64,000 bases of DNA from an uncultured Bacteroidia bacterium (lineage in GTDB: Bacteria > Bacteroidota > Bacteroidia > J057): the NCBI GenBank assembly GCA_964652565.1, contig CAZZEC010000010.1:194-64193 (forward strand), read 5' to 3'. The notes beneath the pieces were generated by a model. The model ran no database searches. It saw only the letters and a program-made list of their open reading frames with translations, and had not been told where the DNA came from. This document shows, piece by piece, positions 35,964 to 47,005 of the stretch. Position 1 is the first letter of the stretch. Every line of letters starts with the position of its first letter. A program made the translations under genes and the position numbers.

Positions 35964-37682
35964 TTACTTATTAGCCATTTCATTCTTTAAGCGTTCATAC
36001 TTCACTTCTCCTCCTACAATGGTGTAATCCACTTTTGTCTTGAGAATATCAGCATCGGGAATAGTCATAATATTTTGAGAAAATACAGTAAAATCAGCAA
36101 CCTTACCCACCTCAATAGATCCTTTGATTTCTTCTTCAAACCCACCGTAAGCAGCATCAATCGTATAAGTTTTCAGTGCCTGGTCTCGTGTCATTTTTTG
36201 GCTAGGCTCATACCCTCCCTCGGGCATGCCAGCTAAAGTTTGTCTGGTAACTGAGGCAAAAAAGCACGCAATGGGATCTACAGGTTCGACAGGAGCATCC
36301 GTTCCATTGATAATCCTAGCTCCCGAATCAAACAGTTTCTTCCATACGTAGGCTCCCTGCTCTATGCGAAGCTTGCCCAGTCGATCAATCGCCCAGGGAC
36401 GATCCGATGACATATGAATTGCCTGCATAGATGCGATTACACCCATTTGCCCAAATCTGGGTATATCACGAGGATCGATATGTTGCGCGTGCTCAACCCT
36501 GTATCGATGATTGTCTGTAGGTATTTCACTCAGTGCTTTTTCATACTGATCCAGTACTTCTCGATTGGCACGATCACCTATAGCATGCGTACACACTTGA
36601 AATCCATGTTCCAGGCCTTCCTTAGCAACTCGGTATATAAGGCTCATGTCAGATGTAGCATGTCCAACGTGACCTTCACGATCTTCATAAGGTGCTAATA
36701 ACCAAGCGCCCCTGGAACCAAGTGCTCCATCAGCATATAATTTAATTGCTCGAATGGTCAACTTTCCCTCACGATCTATGTGCGGTCCCTTTTCATACCA
36801 TTTAGATAAAAGCGCACTGTCTCTACCATGCAACATCACCCACATGCGGACATCTAATTTCCCCTGATCGAGAAACTCCTGATACAAATCAATCGTAGAT
36901 TGTCCTGCACCTGCATCATGGAAACTCGTAATACCATTTTCCATACATGCTTGCACAGCAAGCGCTAAGGCTCTACGATCCTTTTCATCAGTCGTTGCAG
37001 GGATATTTTTACTTATCAACCCTTGCGCTAACTCATTAAAAATCCCAGTGGGATTCCCTTGTGAATCTTTAATGATTTCTCCTTCATCAGAAAATTCAGT
37101 ACTGTTAGTTACCCCAGCGATTTCCATGGCTTTTGCATTAGCCAGTGCTGCATGACCGCTAGCGTGTTTCAAATATACAGGGTTCTCGGGCGATACTGCA
37201 CTAAGTGCATCGTGAACGGGAAAGCCCCTTACCCATCCTTCACGATTATTAACAGACCATTTACTTTGATGCCAACCTCTACCTATAATCCATTCACCAG
37301 GCGCAGCTACCTTTGCTGCTGAATCTACTTTGTCTACAAGTGCTTGATAACTACTTATCCCGTTGAGATCCAAGTTCAATTTGGCATATCCGAGGCCCAT
37401 CATATGCGCATGGCTTTCGATAAATCCCGGGGTCATTGTCTTTCCCTCAAGATTCATTATCATCGTTTCAGCTGATCGATAGCCCATTGCGTTGGTACTA
37501 TCTCCAGCATATAAAATATATCCGTCATTGACAACAACTGCTTCTACTTGTGGCTGCGCGGGATTGGCAGTATAAATGTCCCCTCCCAGTATTATCATAT
37601 CAGCCTCTCCGGATGCATCTGGCTGACAGGACCATAATGTAGATAATAAACAAATGGAAATAAAAAGTGCTGATTTTTTCAT
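35964..37682 (-). CDS. amidohydrolase-family metal-dependent hydrolase (YtcJ-like, Amidohydro_3), probable lipoprotein
   Basis: GFIESHAHMMGLG (HxH), later VCTHAIGD, and C-terminal GTDAPVEP. The track ORF starts at 37718, but the internal start gives MKKSALFISICLLSTLWSC (lipobox-like), so I prefer 37682. Confidence 0.8.
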   Translation of the reverse strand: MKKSALFISICLLSTLWSCQPDASGEADMIILGGDIYTANPAQPQVEAVVVNDGYILYAGDSTNAMGYRSAETMIMNLEGKTMTPGFIESHAHMMGLGYAKLNLDLNGISSYQALVDKVDSAAKVAAPGEWIIGRGWHQSKWSVNNREGWVRGFPVHDALSAVSPENPVYLKHASGHAALANAKAMEIAGVTNSTEFSDEGEIIKDSQGNPTGIFNELAQGLISKNIPATTDEKDRRALALAVQACMENGITSFHDAGAGQSTIDLYQEFLDQGKLDVRMWVMLHGRDSALLSKWYEKGPHIDREGKLTIRAIKLYADGALGSRGAWLLAPYEDREGHVGHATSDMSLIYRVAKEGLEHGFQVCTHAIGDRANREVLDQYEKALSEIPTDNHRYRVEHAQHIDPRDIPRFGQMGVIASMQAIHMSSDRPWAIDRLGKLRIEQGAYVWKKLFDSGARIINGTDAPVEPVDPIACFFASVTRQTLAGMPEGGYEPSQKMTRDQALKTYTIDAAYGGFEEEIKGSIEVGKVADFTVFSQNIMTIPDADILKTKVDYTIVGGEVKYERLKNEMANK

Positions 37683-37849
37683 TGTAAGGTGTATTGTTAG
37701 TTGAGTTAGTTCCCTCAAGAAGGGTCCAAATATGAATATATTAAGAATTGTTGTGTATATAAAAATCCCGGAAGCCTACCATCTCTAGTCTCCCGGGAAT
37801 TGTAAGCAAGTATATAACCTATAAATTGCTTGATAATACAGAATATTGA

Positions 37850-38803
37850 CTATCTGGAGGGAATAAAAAAGCCCCCTTTTTCGTATACAATTTGTTCGAG
37901 CTCCAGCATGGCAGCAAGCGCAATTTGGCTATAATTCTGTGAAGCATTTCCAAATCTTCCATATCGTGTCTGCCACATCTCCTGAATGAGTGCCACACCT
38001 CCTTCATCTGGACGTAACCTTCTGAGTAAACGATTGATAGTACCTGGACCTGCGTGATAAATATGCAGAACAAATAGACGAAACCACAATTCATCTTCCC
38101 TGTATACTATATTCCTTCGATCTAATATATTGCGTGCTTGTGGCAAACAAACGCGCTGGATAAATCTCGCAGCCCCCTGAGCAGATGGAGTGAAGTAAAT
38201 ACGCTGATCTAGCTCTTCATTTACGATGAGACCTTCACTTAAAGCGATATCTCTCATCAACTGAAATGGACCTTTTGCACCCACTGGAGATACTCGCATT
38301 TCACCGGGACTTTCAATTAATAATATGGCCTGTGCATACCAAGGGTCTGTTCCCTCTTCAAGGAATATTGTTATTGCTTTATGTATATCCGATAGTATGC
38401 GTTCTATTTGATAATAATCACTTCTCCCTTGCGTAACGTATAGCGTGTATTCGCTGGGAATATCCAGTACCGACTTTACACTATCTTTGTAGCTCCTTCG
38501 CTGTTTATATTCTAATGAATCATATGACCAAGTAAGAAGGCTTGTAATGATTTCTCTCGATTCTGCTACATTCAATAGACTGTATTCTGGTGAAAGATTC
38601 ATGATCATCCTCCAAAATTTTACCTGTTGCAATTGAGCCCAACCTTGAACGTAAATATTGGTATCACTCACAAAGCAGTATGTGGTTGTATCATTTACAA
38701 AACCTATATCCAGCAGTTGATCTTCATAAAAATTTTGTCCTACTCCAAATTTCCATCCAGACAAGAGCACAAAAGCTATACACAAATTCTTCAAATAGCA
38801 CAT
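37850..38803 (-). CDS. secreted lytic transglycosylase (SLT domain) protein
   Basis: 317 aa with a signal peptide. SLT-like catalytic block LLIESPGEMRVSPVGAKGPFQLM (ES...GAxGxxQLM). Confidence 0.6.
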   Translation of the reverse strand: MCYLKNLCIAFVLLSGWKFGVGQNFYEDQLLDIGFVNDTTTYCFVSDTNIYVQGWAQLQQVKFWRMIMNLSPEYSLLNVAESREIITSLLTWSYDSLEYKQRRSYKDSVKSVLDIPSEYTLYVTQGRSDYYQIERILSDIHKAITIFLEEGTDPWYAQAILLIESPGEMRVSPVGAKGPFQLMRDIALSEGLIVNEELDQRIYFTPSAQGAARFIQRVCLPQARNILDRRNIVYREDELWFRLFVLHIYHAGPGTINRLLRRLRPDEGGVALIQEMWQTRYGRFGNASQNYSQIALAAMLELEQIVYEKGGFFIPSR

Positions 38804-38952
38804 AAGTTAATTAGCAAAATAATTAGTGTAGATATATCGATCATTTATTTGCACAAATTCATTTATTAAATAAATCATTTTTGATAAATACTAAATTACA
38901 TATATTTTTATTATTAAATAAATACAAAGATAAATTTAACAGCAATTACAAA

Positions 38953-39177
38953 ATGGACTTCCAAGAACTAAAGGCACCTAAAAAGCTTGCTCATTCTAAT
39001 ACAAAGCTTCGTTTTACTTCATCTTTTTTTAATACCCAAGATGAACTGGACGAACTTCGTGAAGAGTTAATATTTGCCCATAGAAGAATAAAAAGACTAA
39101 AATGGGGATTAGCAATTTTTGCAGCTTATTTCCTATTTATCACTTTCACGTTTTTGTTAAAAACCAATGTACTTTAG
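38953..39177 (+). CDS. hypothetical tail-anchored small protein
   Basis: An ATG at 38953 within a TTG-initiated track ORF gives 74 aa ending in the TM segment WGLAIFAAYFLFITFTFLL. No family recognised. Confidence 0.3.
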   Translation: MDFQELKAPKKLAHSNTKLRFTSSFFNTQDELDELREELIFAHRRIKRLKWGLAIFAAYFLFITFTFLLKTNVL

Positions 39178-39262
39178 TAAGTCGCCAACTTTAAAGCACA
39201 CTGGATCATTTGAGAGGTTATGGCTTAATCTATGTATGATAATATAGATTGGCGATAACCTC

Positions 39263-39949
39263 TTATCTTTTTATTGCTCTTAACATTTCTCTCTTACCAG
39301 GAGGTCCTGGTAATTTTTGAACTTCAAACCCTGCACTTATCATAGCTCTTCTGACTGCTCCCTTTGCAGAATATGTAACTAGCACTCCTCCTTCTTTACA
39401 ACACAGGTACAATTTTTTAAACATTTCTTCCGACCATAATTCTGGCTGTGCAGATGGAGCAAACGCATCAAAATATACTAGATGAAATCGCCCTTCAAGT
39501 TGAACTTCTTGAAGCCTATGATGAATTTTCATCAGAGAAAATTGTGGACTTAAACTATGTACTTGCCCCCAAGGTACTGTGTGTATATTTCTAAAGGTAT
39601 CTTCTGACAATTTATCTCCAAGAAGTTGACAATAGTTCAGTATTTGTGCCTGATCCCAATTTAATGGGTAGGCTTCAATACCCGTATAGGATATTTCAAA
39701 GTCTTCAGCATGTAGATACGTCAACAAAACGTTTAGGCCTGTTCCCAGTCCTATTTCCAATATGGCAATATCATTGTTGTTTTGCTTGATATACTCCAAA
39801 CCATTTGCAATAAAAACGTGCAAGGATTCTTGAATTGCTCCATGAATAGAATGATAATGTTCATCAAATTGCTCTACATATAAGGTTGAAGAACCATCTT
39901 TCGTCAATACATGCTTGGCTTCAGGACTATTCATCTTACTTGCATTCAA
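39263..39949 (-). CDS. mnmD: tRNA (5-methylaminomethyl-2-thiouridine)(34) methyltransferase, stand-alone MnmC methyltransferase domain
   Basis: 228 aa. TKDGSSTLYVEQFDEHYHSIHGAIQESLHVFI, ILEIGLGTGLN and YFDAFAPSAQPELWSEEMF match the MnmD/MnmC(C-terminal-domain-less) family. Confidence 0.75.
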   Translation of the reverse strand: MNASKMNSPEAKHVLTKDGSSTLYVEQFDEHYHSIHGAIQESLHVFIANGLEYIKQNNNDIAILEIGLGTGLNVLLTYLHAEDFEISYTGIEAYPLNWDQAQILNYCQLLGDKLSEDTFRNIHTVPWGQVHSLSPQFSLMKIHHRLQEVQLEGRFHLVYFDAFAPSAQPELWSEEMFKKLYLCCKEGGVLVTYSAKGAVRRAMISAGFEVQKLPGPPGKREMLRAIKR

Positions 39950-40010
39950 ACCTATGAATTATTAACGTTGAAGAGAGATAATAAGTTGATCCTAAGTAAG
40001 ATCTTTTCTA

Positions 40011-41648
40011 TCATATATTCTTTTGTGGTGGATCTATCCGATTCAATGTCGATGGGTCTGGCATTTTTTCCACATACAAAGAAGTAGAAGGAAATGCGAA
40101 GCTTATACCTAGCTCTTCTGCTAACCTCATAATGGAAAGAAAGAGGTCTTGTCTCGCAGCAAGCATGTCAGCATACCCCGTAAGCTCCAGATACACTGCA
40201 AAGAAAATTTGAAGCGAGGAATCTCCCATTTCATGAAAGTAAATCATATAATCTGACTTCCTTGTCTTGGGGTGCTCAAGGACTATTTCTTCAATACGCC
40301 CGACAAATTTTTCCATTAATTCGGGTGGGGTATCATAGGTGACGGATAATGTGGTCGCATATCTTCTATAGGTGCGTATTCCATGATTGGTTATCGTCAA
40401 ATTTGCGAGTTCACCATTTGGAATAGAAACATATGCACCTTCCAAGGCTCTAATACGCGTAGATCTCACCCCAATCTCCAATACAGTACCTGTAACTTTA
40501 GGAGTTTCAATAAAATCTCCCAATTGGAAGGGTCGATCTACAAAGATCGTAATGGAACCGATGAAATTCTTAACTGTATCTTGTGCTGCCAATGCCAATG
40601 CCAAACCACCAATGGAAATACCGGCCAGAAGAGCAGTTACATTTACATTTAGATTTTGTAAAACAAATAGTACTCCCAACACTCCTACCACCAACTTCAA
40701 CACACGTTTAATTAACGGTATCAGTTGCTCATCCATAGATGTCTCCGTCTTCTTAGCTAAATTCAATCCCAGTACTGAAATAAGATCAACAAAACGGTAG
40801 GCTGCTATCACGCCGAATATTGACATACCTATTTTGAGTATGGTAGATATGTAAGAAGTAATCCATACAGGTAGTAGGAGAATTCGATAAAACTGAAAGA
40901 ATAGAAATAGTACCAACAATAGACTCAACGGTCTGGCTACTGGCCGGATCATTTGAGGATTAAATGATTCCTTGTCAAAAAATCTCGGAAGGATTCTCCT
41001 GATAAGTACGTTGAAAACTGTACCTAATAACCAGTGTAGTAATAATCCAATGGCAAGTAATATGAAGATCCCTTCATATTGCCATACCTTTAGACCTAAA
41101 AACTTCTTTTGTCCGATTTTGGGAGTAATTTTCAAGAAAATATCAGATCCAAAGGGAAAAAGTCTATCGTGTATTTGTGCTATTTGACGTACAGTTGTAA
41201 AAGAATACATCCACTTCCCATCCTTTCTCTGTAAATAAATCTCTGGGTATTTATCATAAACGATATAGCGATGACGACCTAGGCTATCTGTATATTCCGG
41301 ATCTTTGGAAATCGTAGATGTATCAATGATATACCCCTCTGAATCATATATTTGTTTTAACATTACCGCTCTTTCCCTCAAATTATCTTCACTAATACCT
41401 ACACTGTCCATACTTTTGGCAGACTGACCAGGGAAATAATTATCTTCTTGAAGGTATATTAGATGATTAGCAATAACATAACGTGGAGATCGCTGTATTC
41501 CCTTCACAAGTACTCGGGGAATATATATAGAATCAACGCCAGAGGTATCATCTGCTACTATTGTATCTTGTTGTGCTTGTACTGCTTGAATGAATAAAAC
41601 AGCTGATATTAATAGGATAATGTGTGTTAATCCTTTGGGAAGCATCAT
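40011..41648 (-). CDS. mechanosensitive ion channel (MscS family) with large N-terminal extracytoplasmic domain
   Basis: 545 aa. MscS core VKNFIGSITIFVDRPFQLGDFIE...GTVLEIGVRSTRIRALEGAYVSIPNGELA. Confidence 0.85.
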   Translation of the reverse strand: MMLPKGLTHIILLISAVLFIQAVQAQQDTIVADDTSGVDSIYIPRVLVKGIQRSPRYVIANHLIYLQEDNYFPGQSAKSMDSVGISEDNLRERAVMLKQIYDSEGYIIDTSTISKDPEYTDSLGRHRYIVYDKYPEIYLQRKDGKWMYSFTTVRQIAQIHDRLFPFGSDIFLKITPKIGQKKFLGLKVWQYEGIFILLAIGLLLHWLLGTVFNVLIRRILPRFFDKESFNPQMIRPVARPLSLLLVLFLFFQFYRILLLPVWITSYISTILKIGMSIFGVIAAYRFVDLISVLGLNLAKKTETSMDEQLIPLIKRVLKLVVGVLGVLFVLQNLNVNVTALLAGISIGGLALALAAQDTVKNFIGSITIFVDRPFQLGDFIETPKVTGTVLEIGVRSTRIRALEGAYVSIPNGELANLTITNHGIRTYRRYATTLSVTYDTPPELMEKFVGRIEEIVLEHPKTRKSDYMIYFHEMGDSSLQIFFAVYLELTGYADMLAARQDLFLSIMRLAEELGISFAFPSTSLYVEKMPDPSTLNRIDPPQKNI

Positions 41649-42340
41649 AAATGGATCTTTACTACTATTGGCTTACTCTTAGGGAAGTAAAATACGAAAG
41701 CACTATTATACTATCAATTATTAGCTTTTCCCAATCATATATCCGAGTTGTGGAAGGTTTTCAGAGCTCATATCATGGAGATTTAAAGCAAAAAATAAAA
41801 ATATAATGATGAGCAAAAAGAGATTGAGCATTAATAGTAAATACGAGACAGGATATACAGGCAAAGTCAATATTTTCTTCAGTCTTTTACGTAAACTGAA
41901 TACTTTGTGCAGCATGACGTAATTATTGGCGTTTAATATGCAAATATTAATATTTTAATTAGAATTTTCAAAAAATTCAATAGTTATTTTTCATATTCTA
42001 AACACAAAATAAAATATAACTATCGCAAATAGTTGCTTCACAGTCTTATTGGCTCTCATAATACAAAATCCCTCCCAGGAAACAATAACAAGTTGACCAT
42101 TGACTTTTCATCTTGCCAGAAATAGCGTAAATAGGATTTTAAAAAAAACAGGGGCCTAATATTATTCACAAACACCTCTTCAATATAACACATACAGTAT
42201 TTAGAATAATAGGTTTGAGAGAATTTTAATTACTTAATGTATCCCAGATCGTAAAAGAGTAACTTATTTTATATATTGTCTATCTGATGAATAATTGGAA
42301 AATGTGGTAAGAACTTAAATTTTTATCTTTACAAAATCAT

Positions 42341-43081
42341 ATGAAAGTTGCTCTTTTTGTCCCGTGTTATATAGACCAATTTTACCCTCAAGTGGCCATA
42401 GCCACTTACAAGCTACTAACCAAATTAGGAATGGAAGTTGTTGTTCCTGATAGTCAAACCTGTTGTGGTCAACCTATGGCAAATGCAGGATTTGAAAGAT
42501 ATGCAGAAAAAACCTCTAGACATTTCATAGAGGTTTTTCAGGATTTTGAGTATATCGTTGGACCTTCAGGAAGTTGTGTCTTGCATATTAAAGAACATTT
42601 GCATGAGAATGCACAGGCTGCACATGCGAAACATGTCAAAGATCACGTTTACGAGTTATGCGACTTCCTTACAAATATCTTAGAAGTTGATTCTTGGGAC
42701 ACTCCATTTAAACATAAAGTAGGTTTGCACCTTAGCTGTCATGGTCTAAGAGGCATGCGTCTGGCTCAGTCCTCAGAAAGAGTCCTGCCAGATTATTCTA
42801 TTATGAAAAATCTCCTGGGTAAGGTTCCAGAAATAGAATTAGTTGAACTTTCAAGAAGGGATGAGTGTTGTGGGTTTGGAGGGACGTTTGCAGTATCGGA
42901 AGAAGCCGTTTCAGTCAAAATGGGAAAAGATCGACTAAAAGATCATCTGGATCAAGGTGTAGAAATTGTTACAGGTGGAGATGTCTCTTGTCTGATGCAC
43001 CTGGAAGGCATAAGTAGCAGACAGCAGCACCCTCTCACATTTATGCATATAGCAGAAATTCTTAATGAAAGTAAACTATGA
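42341..43081 (+). CDS. lutA: lactate utilization protein A ((Fe-S)-binding, CCG-domain oxidoreductase subunit)
   Basis: 246 aa. MKVALFVPCYIDQFYPQVAIAT and two CCG motifs (TCCGQP, ECCGFGG). Has a 4-nt ATGA overlap with lutB. Confidence 0.85.
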   Translation: MKVALFVPCYIDQFYPQVAIATYKLLTKLGMEVVVPDSQTCCGQPMANAGFERYAEKTSRHFIEVFQDFEYIVGPSGSCVLHIKEHLHENAQAAHAKHVKDHVYELCDFLTNILEVDSWDTPFKHKVGLHLSCHGLRGMRLAQSSERVLPDYSIMKNLLGKVPEIELVELSRRDECCGFGGTFAVSEEAVSVKMGKDRLKDHLDQGVEIVTGGDVSCLMHLEGISSRQQHPLTFMHIAEILNESKL

Positions 43082-44451
43082 ACCACGCAAAACTGGCGCA
43101 GACATTTAACAAAGATGAGCCGAGAACAACCTGGCATGATCAATCTCTGTGGTTTGTACGGGAAAAAAGAGATCGTGCAGCCCACCAGATCCCTGAATGG
43201 GAACAATTGCGTGAGCTAGCTTCTCAGATAAAAACGCATACGCTTTCTCATTTAGATCATTATCTGGAAACACTGGAACAAAATGCCCTCCAAAACGGAA
43301 TTGTGGTCCACTGGGCAGAAGATGCCCATAGTTTGCAACAAATCGTTTACGGTTTATTGAATGAGAGAGGAGTTAAGAAGTTAGTAAAGAGTAAGTCCAT
43401 GCTTACTGAGGAATGCAAGCTTAATCCTTATCTGATCGAAAGAGGTATTGAAGTAGTAGATTCTGACCTTGGAGAACGGATTGTACAATTGGCAGATGAA
43501 GAACCCAGTCATATTGTAATGCCAGCCATACATAAAAAAAAGGAAGAAATTGGAGAAATTTTTCATCAGCATCTGGGAACGGAGAAAGGAGCTAGTGATC
43601 CTCAGTACTTGACTGAATCGGCCAGGCAAAATCTTCGACAACATTTTCTTACTGCTGATGCAGCTCTGACAGGTGTAAACTTTGCCATCGCAGAAACGGG
43701 TGGCTTTGTAGTTTGTACCAATGAAGGGAACGCTGACCTGGGTGTACATTTAGCCCCATTACATATTGCCTGTATGGGTATTGAAAAAGTAATTCCCAAG
43801 TTGGAGCACCTGGGAGTGTTTACTCGTCTACTAGCAAGGAGTGGTACCGGTCAACCTATTACAACATATACCAGCCATTTTCATACACCAGGTACTGGAA
43901 GTGAATTACATCTTATTCTCGTTGACAATGGTAGAACTACCCAATTGGGTAGAGAAGATTTTCGCAAATCCCTGCATTGTATTCGATGTGGTGCATGTAT
44001 GAATACATGTCCGGTATATCGCCGTAGTGGTGGGCATAGTTATGGATACACTGTTCCGGGTCCCATTGGATCAATTTTATCTCCAGGACTGGATTTGAAA
44101 AAATACAGTAGTCTTCCATTCGCTTCTACCTTGTGTGGCTCATGTAGTGATGTATGTCCAGTAAAAATTGATATTCACCAACAACTATATAAGTGGAGAC
44201 AAATAATTACTCAAGAGGGGAACATCCCTCCAAGTAAAAAACTCTCTATGAAATTTATGGGATTTATGATGTCCCATCCCTGGTGGTATAATACGCTCGG
44301 TAAATGGGGAAGAACTGTGTTAAGCATTTTACCTAAATCGTGGATAAATAATAAAAGAAATCCCTGGACCCGTCAGAGAGATCTCCCTACTCCTCCCAAA
44401 AAAAGTTTTCAGGAATGGTACAAACAACAACAAAATGAGCGCAAAAAATAA
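43078..44451 (+). CDS. lutB: lactate utilization protein B (4Fe-4S ferredoxin-type subunit)
   Basis: 457 aa. Has CIRCGACMNTCPVY and CGSCSDVCPV cluster motifs plus the LUD domain. Confidence 0.88.
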   Translation: MNHAKLAQTFNKDEPRTTWHDQSLWFVREKRDRAAHQIPEWEQLRELASQIKTHTLSHLDHYLETLEQNALQNGIVVHWAEDAHSLQQIVYGLLNERGVKKLVKSKSMLTEECKLNPYLIERGIEVVDSDLGERIVQLADEEPSHIVMPAIHKKKEEIGEIFHQHLGTEKGASDPQYLTESARQNLRQHFLTADAALTGVNFAIAETGGFVVCTNEGNADLGVHLAPLHIACMGIEKVIPKLEHLGVFTRLLARSGTGQPITTYTSHFHTPGTGSELHLILVDNGRTTQLGREDFRKSLHCIRCGACMNTCPVYRRSGGHSYGYTVPGPIGSILSPGLDLKKYSSLPFASTLCGSCSDVCPVKIDIHQQLYKWRQIITQEGNIPPSKKLSMKFMGFMMSHPWWYNTLGKWGRTVLSILPKSWINNKRNPWTRQRDLPTPPKKSFQEWYKQQQNERKK

Positions 44452-45016
44452 CATTCTCGATAAGATCAAAAGCAATTTGCCTGACCCTCATCCTGTGCCT
44501 AACATACCTGAATTTGAGTACCAACACGATCTTAAGATGCAGTTCAGGGAAATATTAGAAGGAATAGGAGCAAAATTGTTTGAATGTAATTCATTAGAAG
44601 ATATTCCCCCACACATTCAAGACCAAGAGTTTACAGGTAACATTGTATCAAGTATTCCACTGCTCAAAACATACATCAACGACATTCGGGATACCATTTC
44701 TGAAAGTGAGCTTTCTCAAATTGAACTAGCTATCATACCAGGTAAGGTGGCAGTCGCAGAAAATGGTGCAATCTGGATTCATGAGGAAGATATGATCCAC
44801 AGAGCACTTCCCTACATCACACAACACCTGGGAATTGTCATATACGAAGCACAGTTGGTAAGCAATATGCATGAAGCATATCATACAGTCTCTAACCAAT
44901 ATGGAGGTTATGGGGTATTTATTTCTGGACCTTCAAAAACAGCTGATATTGAGCAATCTCTCGTCATTGGAGCACACGGAGCGAGAAGCCTTCAAGTATT
45001 TATGATTAAGAAATGA
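44435..45016 (+). CDS. lutC: lactate utilization protein C (LUD domain)
   Basis: 193 aa. It overlaps the lutB end by 17 nt. Size and position match LutC/YkgG. Confidence 0.75.
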   Translation: MSAKNNILDKIKSNLPDPHPVPNIPEFEYQHDLKMQFREILEGIGAKLFECNSLEDIPPHIQDQEFTGNIVSSIPLLKTYINDIRDTISESELSQIELAIIPGKVAVAENGAIWIHEEDMIHRALPYITQHLGIVIYEAQLVSNMHEAYHTVSNQYGGYGVFISGPSKTADIEQSLVIGAHGARSLQVFMIKK

Positions 45017-45085
45017 TAATGTGATAATTTTCTTAGATTTGTGAATACTCTTTTATAATTTTAATAGCTGACGGCTAACCTTTAC

Positions 45086-45811
45086 ATGCGTATTATTCCT
45101 GCAATCGATATCATTGATGGTAAATGTGTGAGACTCGAAAAAGGTGATTATTCAAAACAAACTACCTATCACACGCATCCATTAGATGTAGCCAAATCAT
45201 TTGAAGATCATGGCATTTCCTATCTTCATTTGGTAGACCTCGATGGCGCAAAAGCAGGAGAACTCACAAACTGGAAAGTACTAGAAGAGATATGTTCACA
45301 TACCAATTTGCAGGTAGACATAGGTGGAGGGATAAAATCTGAAAAAGATGTTAAAAAGGCATTAGATGCAGGTGCTAAACAAATAAATATTGGCAGCCTT
45401 GCCGTAAAATCTCCCGAAATACTTTATGAATGGATTGATATGTACGGCCCGGAGATCATTATATTAAGTGCTGATGTTAAAGATGGCTTCATTGCCATAC
45501 ATGGCTGGCAAACCCTTACCGATATCAAGATAGAAGACTTCATACAACAGTATGCTGTTGCTGGTATCCAATTTGTAACTTGTACAGACATTTCCAAAGA
45601 TGGCATGCTAGAAGGTGCTTCGACACAATTATACAAAACATTGATAGAGAAATTTCCCGATTTATCTTTTATTGCTAGTGGAGGGATCTCATCTTTTGAT
45701 GATTTGGAGACACTGACTGAAGTCAAAATGTATGGTGCCATCATTGGCAAAGCGATCTATGAAGGACTTTTACCATTAACTCAACTCAAAGATTGGATAG
45801 ATCAACGTTAG
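45086..45811 (+). CDS. hisA: 1-(5-phosphoribosyl)-5-[(5-phosphoribosylamino)methylideneamino]imidazole-4-carboxamide isomerase
   Basis: 241 aa. [31 protein letters not shown] and IASGGISS. Confidence 0.92.
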   Translation: MRIIPAIDIIDGKCVRLEKGDYSKQTTYHTHPLDVAKSFEDHGISYLHLVDLDGAKAGELTNWKVLEEICSHTNLQVDIGGGIKSEKDVKKALDAGAKQINIGSLAVKSPEILYEWIDMYGPEIIILSADVKDGFIAIHGWQTLTDIKIEDFIQQYAVAGIQFVTCTDISKDGMLEGASTQLYKTLIEKFPDLSFIASGGISSFDDLETLTEVKMYGAIIGKAIYEGLLPLTQLKDWIDQR

Positions 45812-45836
45812 TTCATCACCAAATAATTATATTCCA

Positions 45837-46601
45837 TTGTTAACTAAACGCATCATCCCTTGTCTGGATATTAAAAATGGTCGTACCGTAAAGGGGATTA
45901 ATTTTGTCAACTTAAGAGACGCAGGAGATCCAGTAGAACTTGCTTCTACTTACTCCGATCAAGGAGCTGATGAATTGTGTTTCCTAGATATTACTGCTAC
46001 AGTAGAAGCAAGAGATACACTTGCCGAACTCGTGCTGAGAGTGGCCCAACAAATCAACATCCCTTTTACTGTAGGTGGAGGTATCAGGAGCATTGTGGAT
46101 GTATCGAGATTGCTTGAGGCAGGAGCTGATAAGGTCTCTATCAATTCTGCGGCTGTAAAAACTCCAGATCTTGTAGATGAACTTGCCAATGAATTTGGCA
46201 GTCAATGCATTGTAGTGGCTATAGATACTAATCATCATCAAGGAGATTGGCATGTATTTACACATGGCGGGAGAAATCCCACAGAAAAGATTGCCATTGA
46301 TTGGGCTAAGGAAGTGTCCGATCGAGGTGCTGGTGAAATACTCCTTACTTCCATGATGAGTGATGGTACACAAGATGGATTCTCTCTCGATATTACCTCA
46401 CGCATATCTGAAATCTTGCCCATCCCTGTCATTGCTTCCGGTGGAGCAGGGACCATGGAACATTTTGAAGCAGTCTTTCATCAGGGAAAAGCTGATGCAG
46501 CTTTAGCTGCAAGTGTTTTTCACTTTGGCACAATCCCCATCCCATCACTTAAACACTACCTTTCAAATGAAGGAATTCCCGTTAGATTGACCACAAGTTA
46601 A
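45837..46601 (+). CDS. hisF: imidazole glycerol phosphate synthase cyclase subunit
   Basis: 254 aa. [40 protein letters not shown] and IASGGAG. Confidence 0.95.
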   Translation: MLTKRIIPCLDIKNGRTVKGINFVNLRDAGDPVELASTYSDQGADELCFLDITATVEARDTLAELVLRVAQQINIPFTVGGGIRSIVDVSRLLEAGADKVSINSAAVKTPDLVDELANEFGSQCIVVAIDTNHHQGDWHVFTHGGRNPTEKIAIDWAKEVSDRGAGEILLTSMMSDGTQDGFSLDITSRISEILPIPVIASGGAGTMEHFEAVFHQGKADAALAASVFHFGTIPIPSLKHYLSNEGIPVRLTTS

Positions 46602-46667
46602 CGATAGAATTACCTCTATTATCATATTACATTTTATATTTAGCCCTTCAACATTTCAAATACAAAC

Positions 46668-46970
46668 ATGGATCGTAATCACTTAGCGGACATTTCATTT
46701 CTTAAACAGTTAGAGTCAATCATTAAAGATCGACATACACACCCAAAGGCTGATTCATATACGAGCAAACTTTTTAAAAAAGGGATCAATAAGATCGCTC
46801 AAAAAGTGGGAGAGGAGGCCGTAGAACTCATTATTGAAGCTAAAGACGATGACATGGTAAAATTCCATGATGAAGCTGCAGATCTCATCTATCACTTCAT
46901 GGTCCTATTGGAAGCCAAGGAAACCAACATAGGGAATGTAGTTGAAGTGTTGGAAAAAAGGCATGCATAA
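46668..46970 (+). CDS. hisE: phosphoribosyl-ATP diphosphatase (stand-alone HisE)
   Basis: 100 aa MazG-like protein. SYTSKLFKKGINKIAQKVGEEAVELIIEAK...EAADLIYHFMVLL. Confidence 0.85.
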   Translation: MDRNHLADISFLKQLESIIKDRHTHPKADSYTSKLFKKGINKIAQKVGEEAVELIIEAKDDDMVKFHDEAADLIYHFMVLLEAKETNIGNVVEVLEKRHA

Positions 46971-47005
46971 CGTACCTGGAATAGGTACACATAGAATAAC
47001 TCATT

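Noticed and set aside
37819-38094. 91-aa ORF overlapping the 3' end of the lytic transglycosylase gene
   Set aside because: It is an alternate frame on the same strand as a better-supported longer ORF (37850-38803).
41721-41915. 64-aa ORF upstream of the MscS gene
   Set aside because: It is Leu/Ile/Phe-rich from an AT-rich intergenic tract, with no recognisable family or convincing start context. I cannot support it as a gene.
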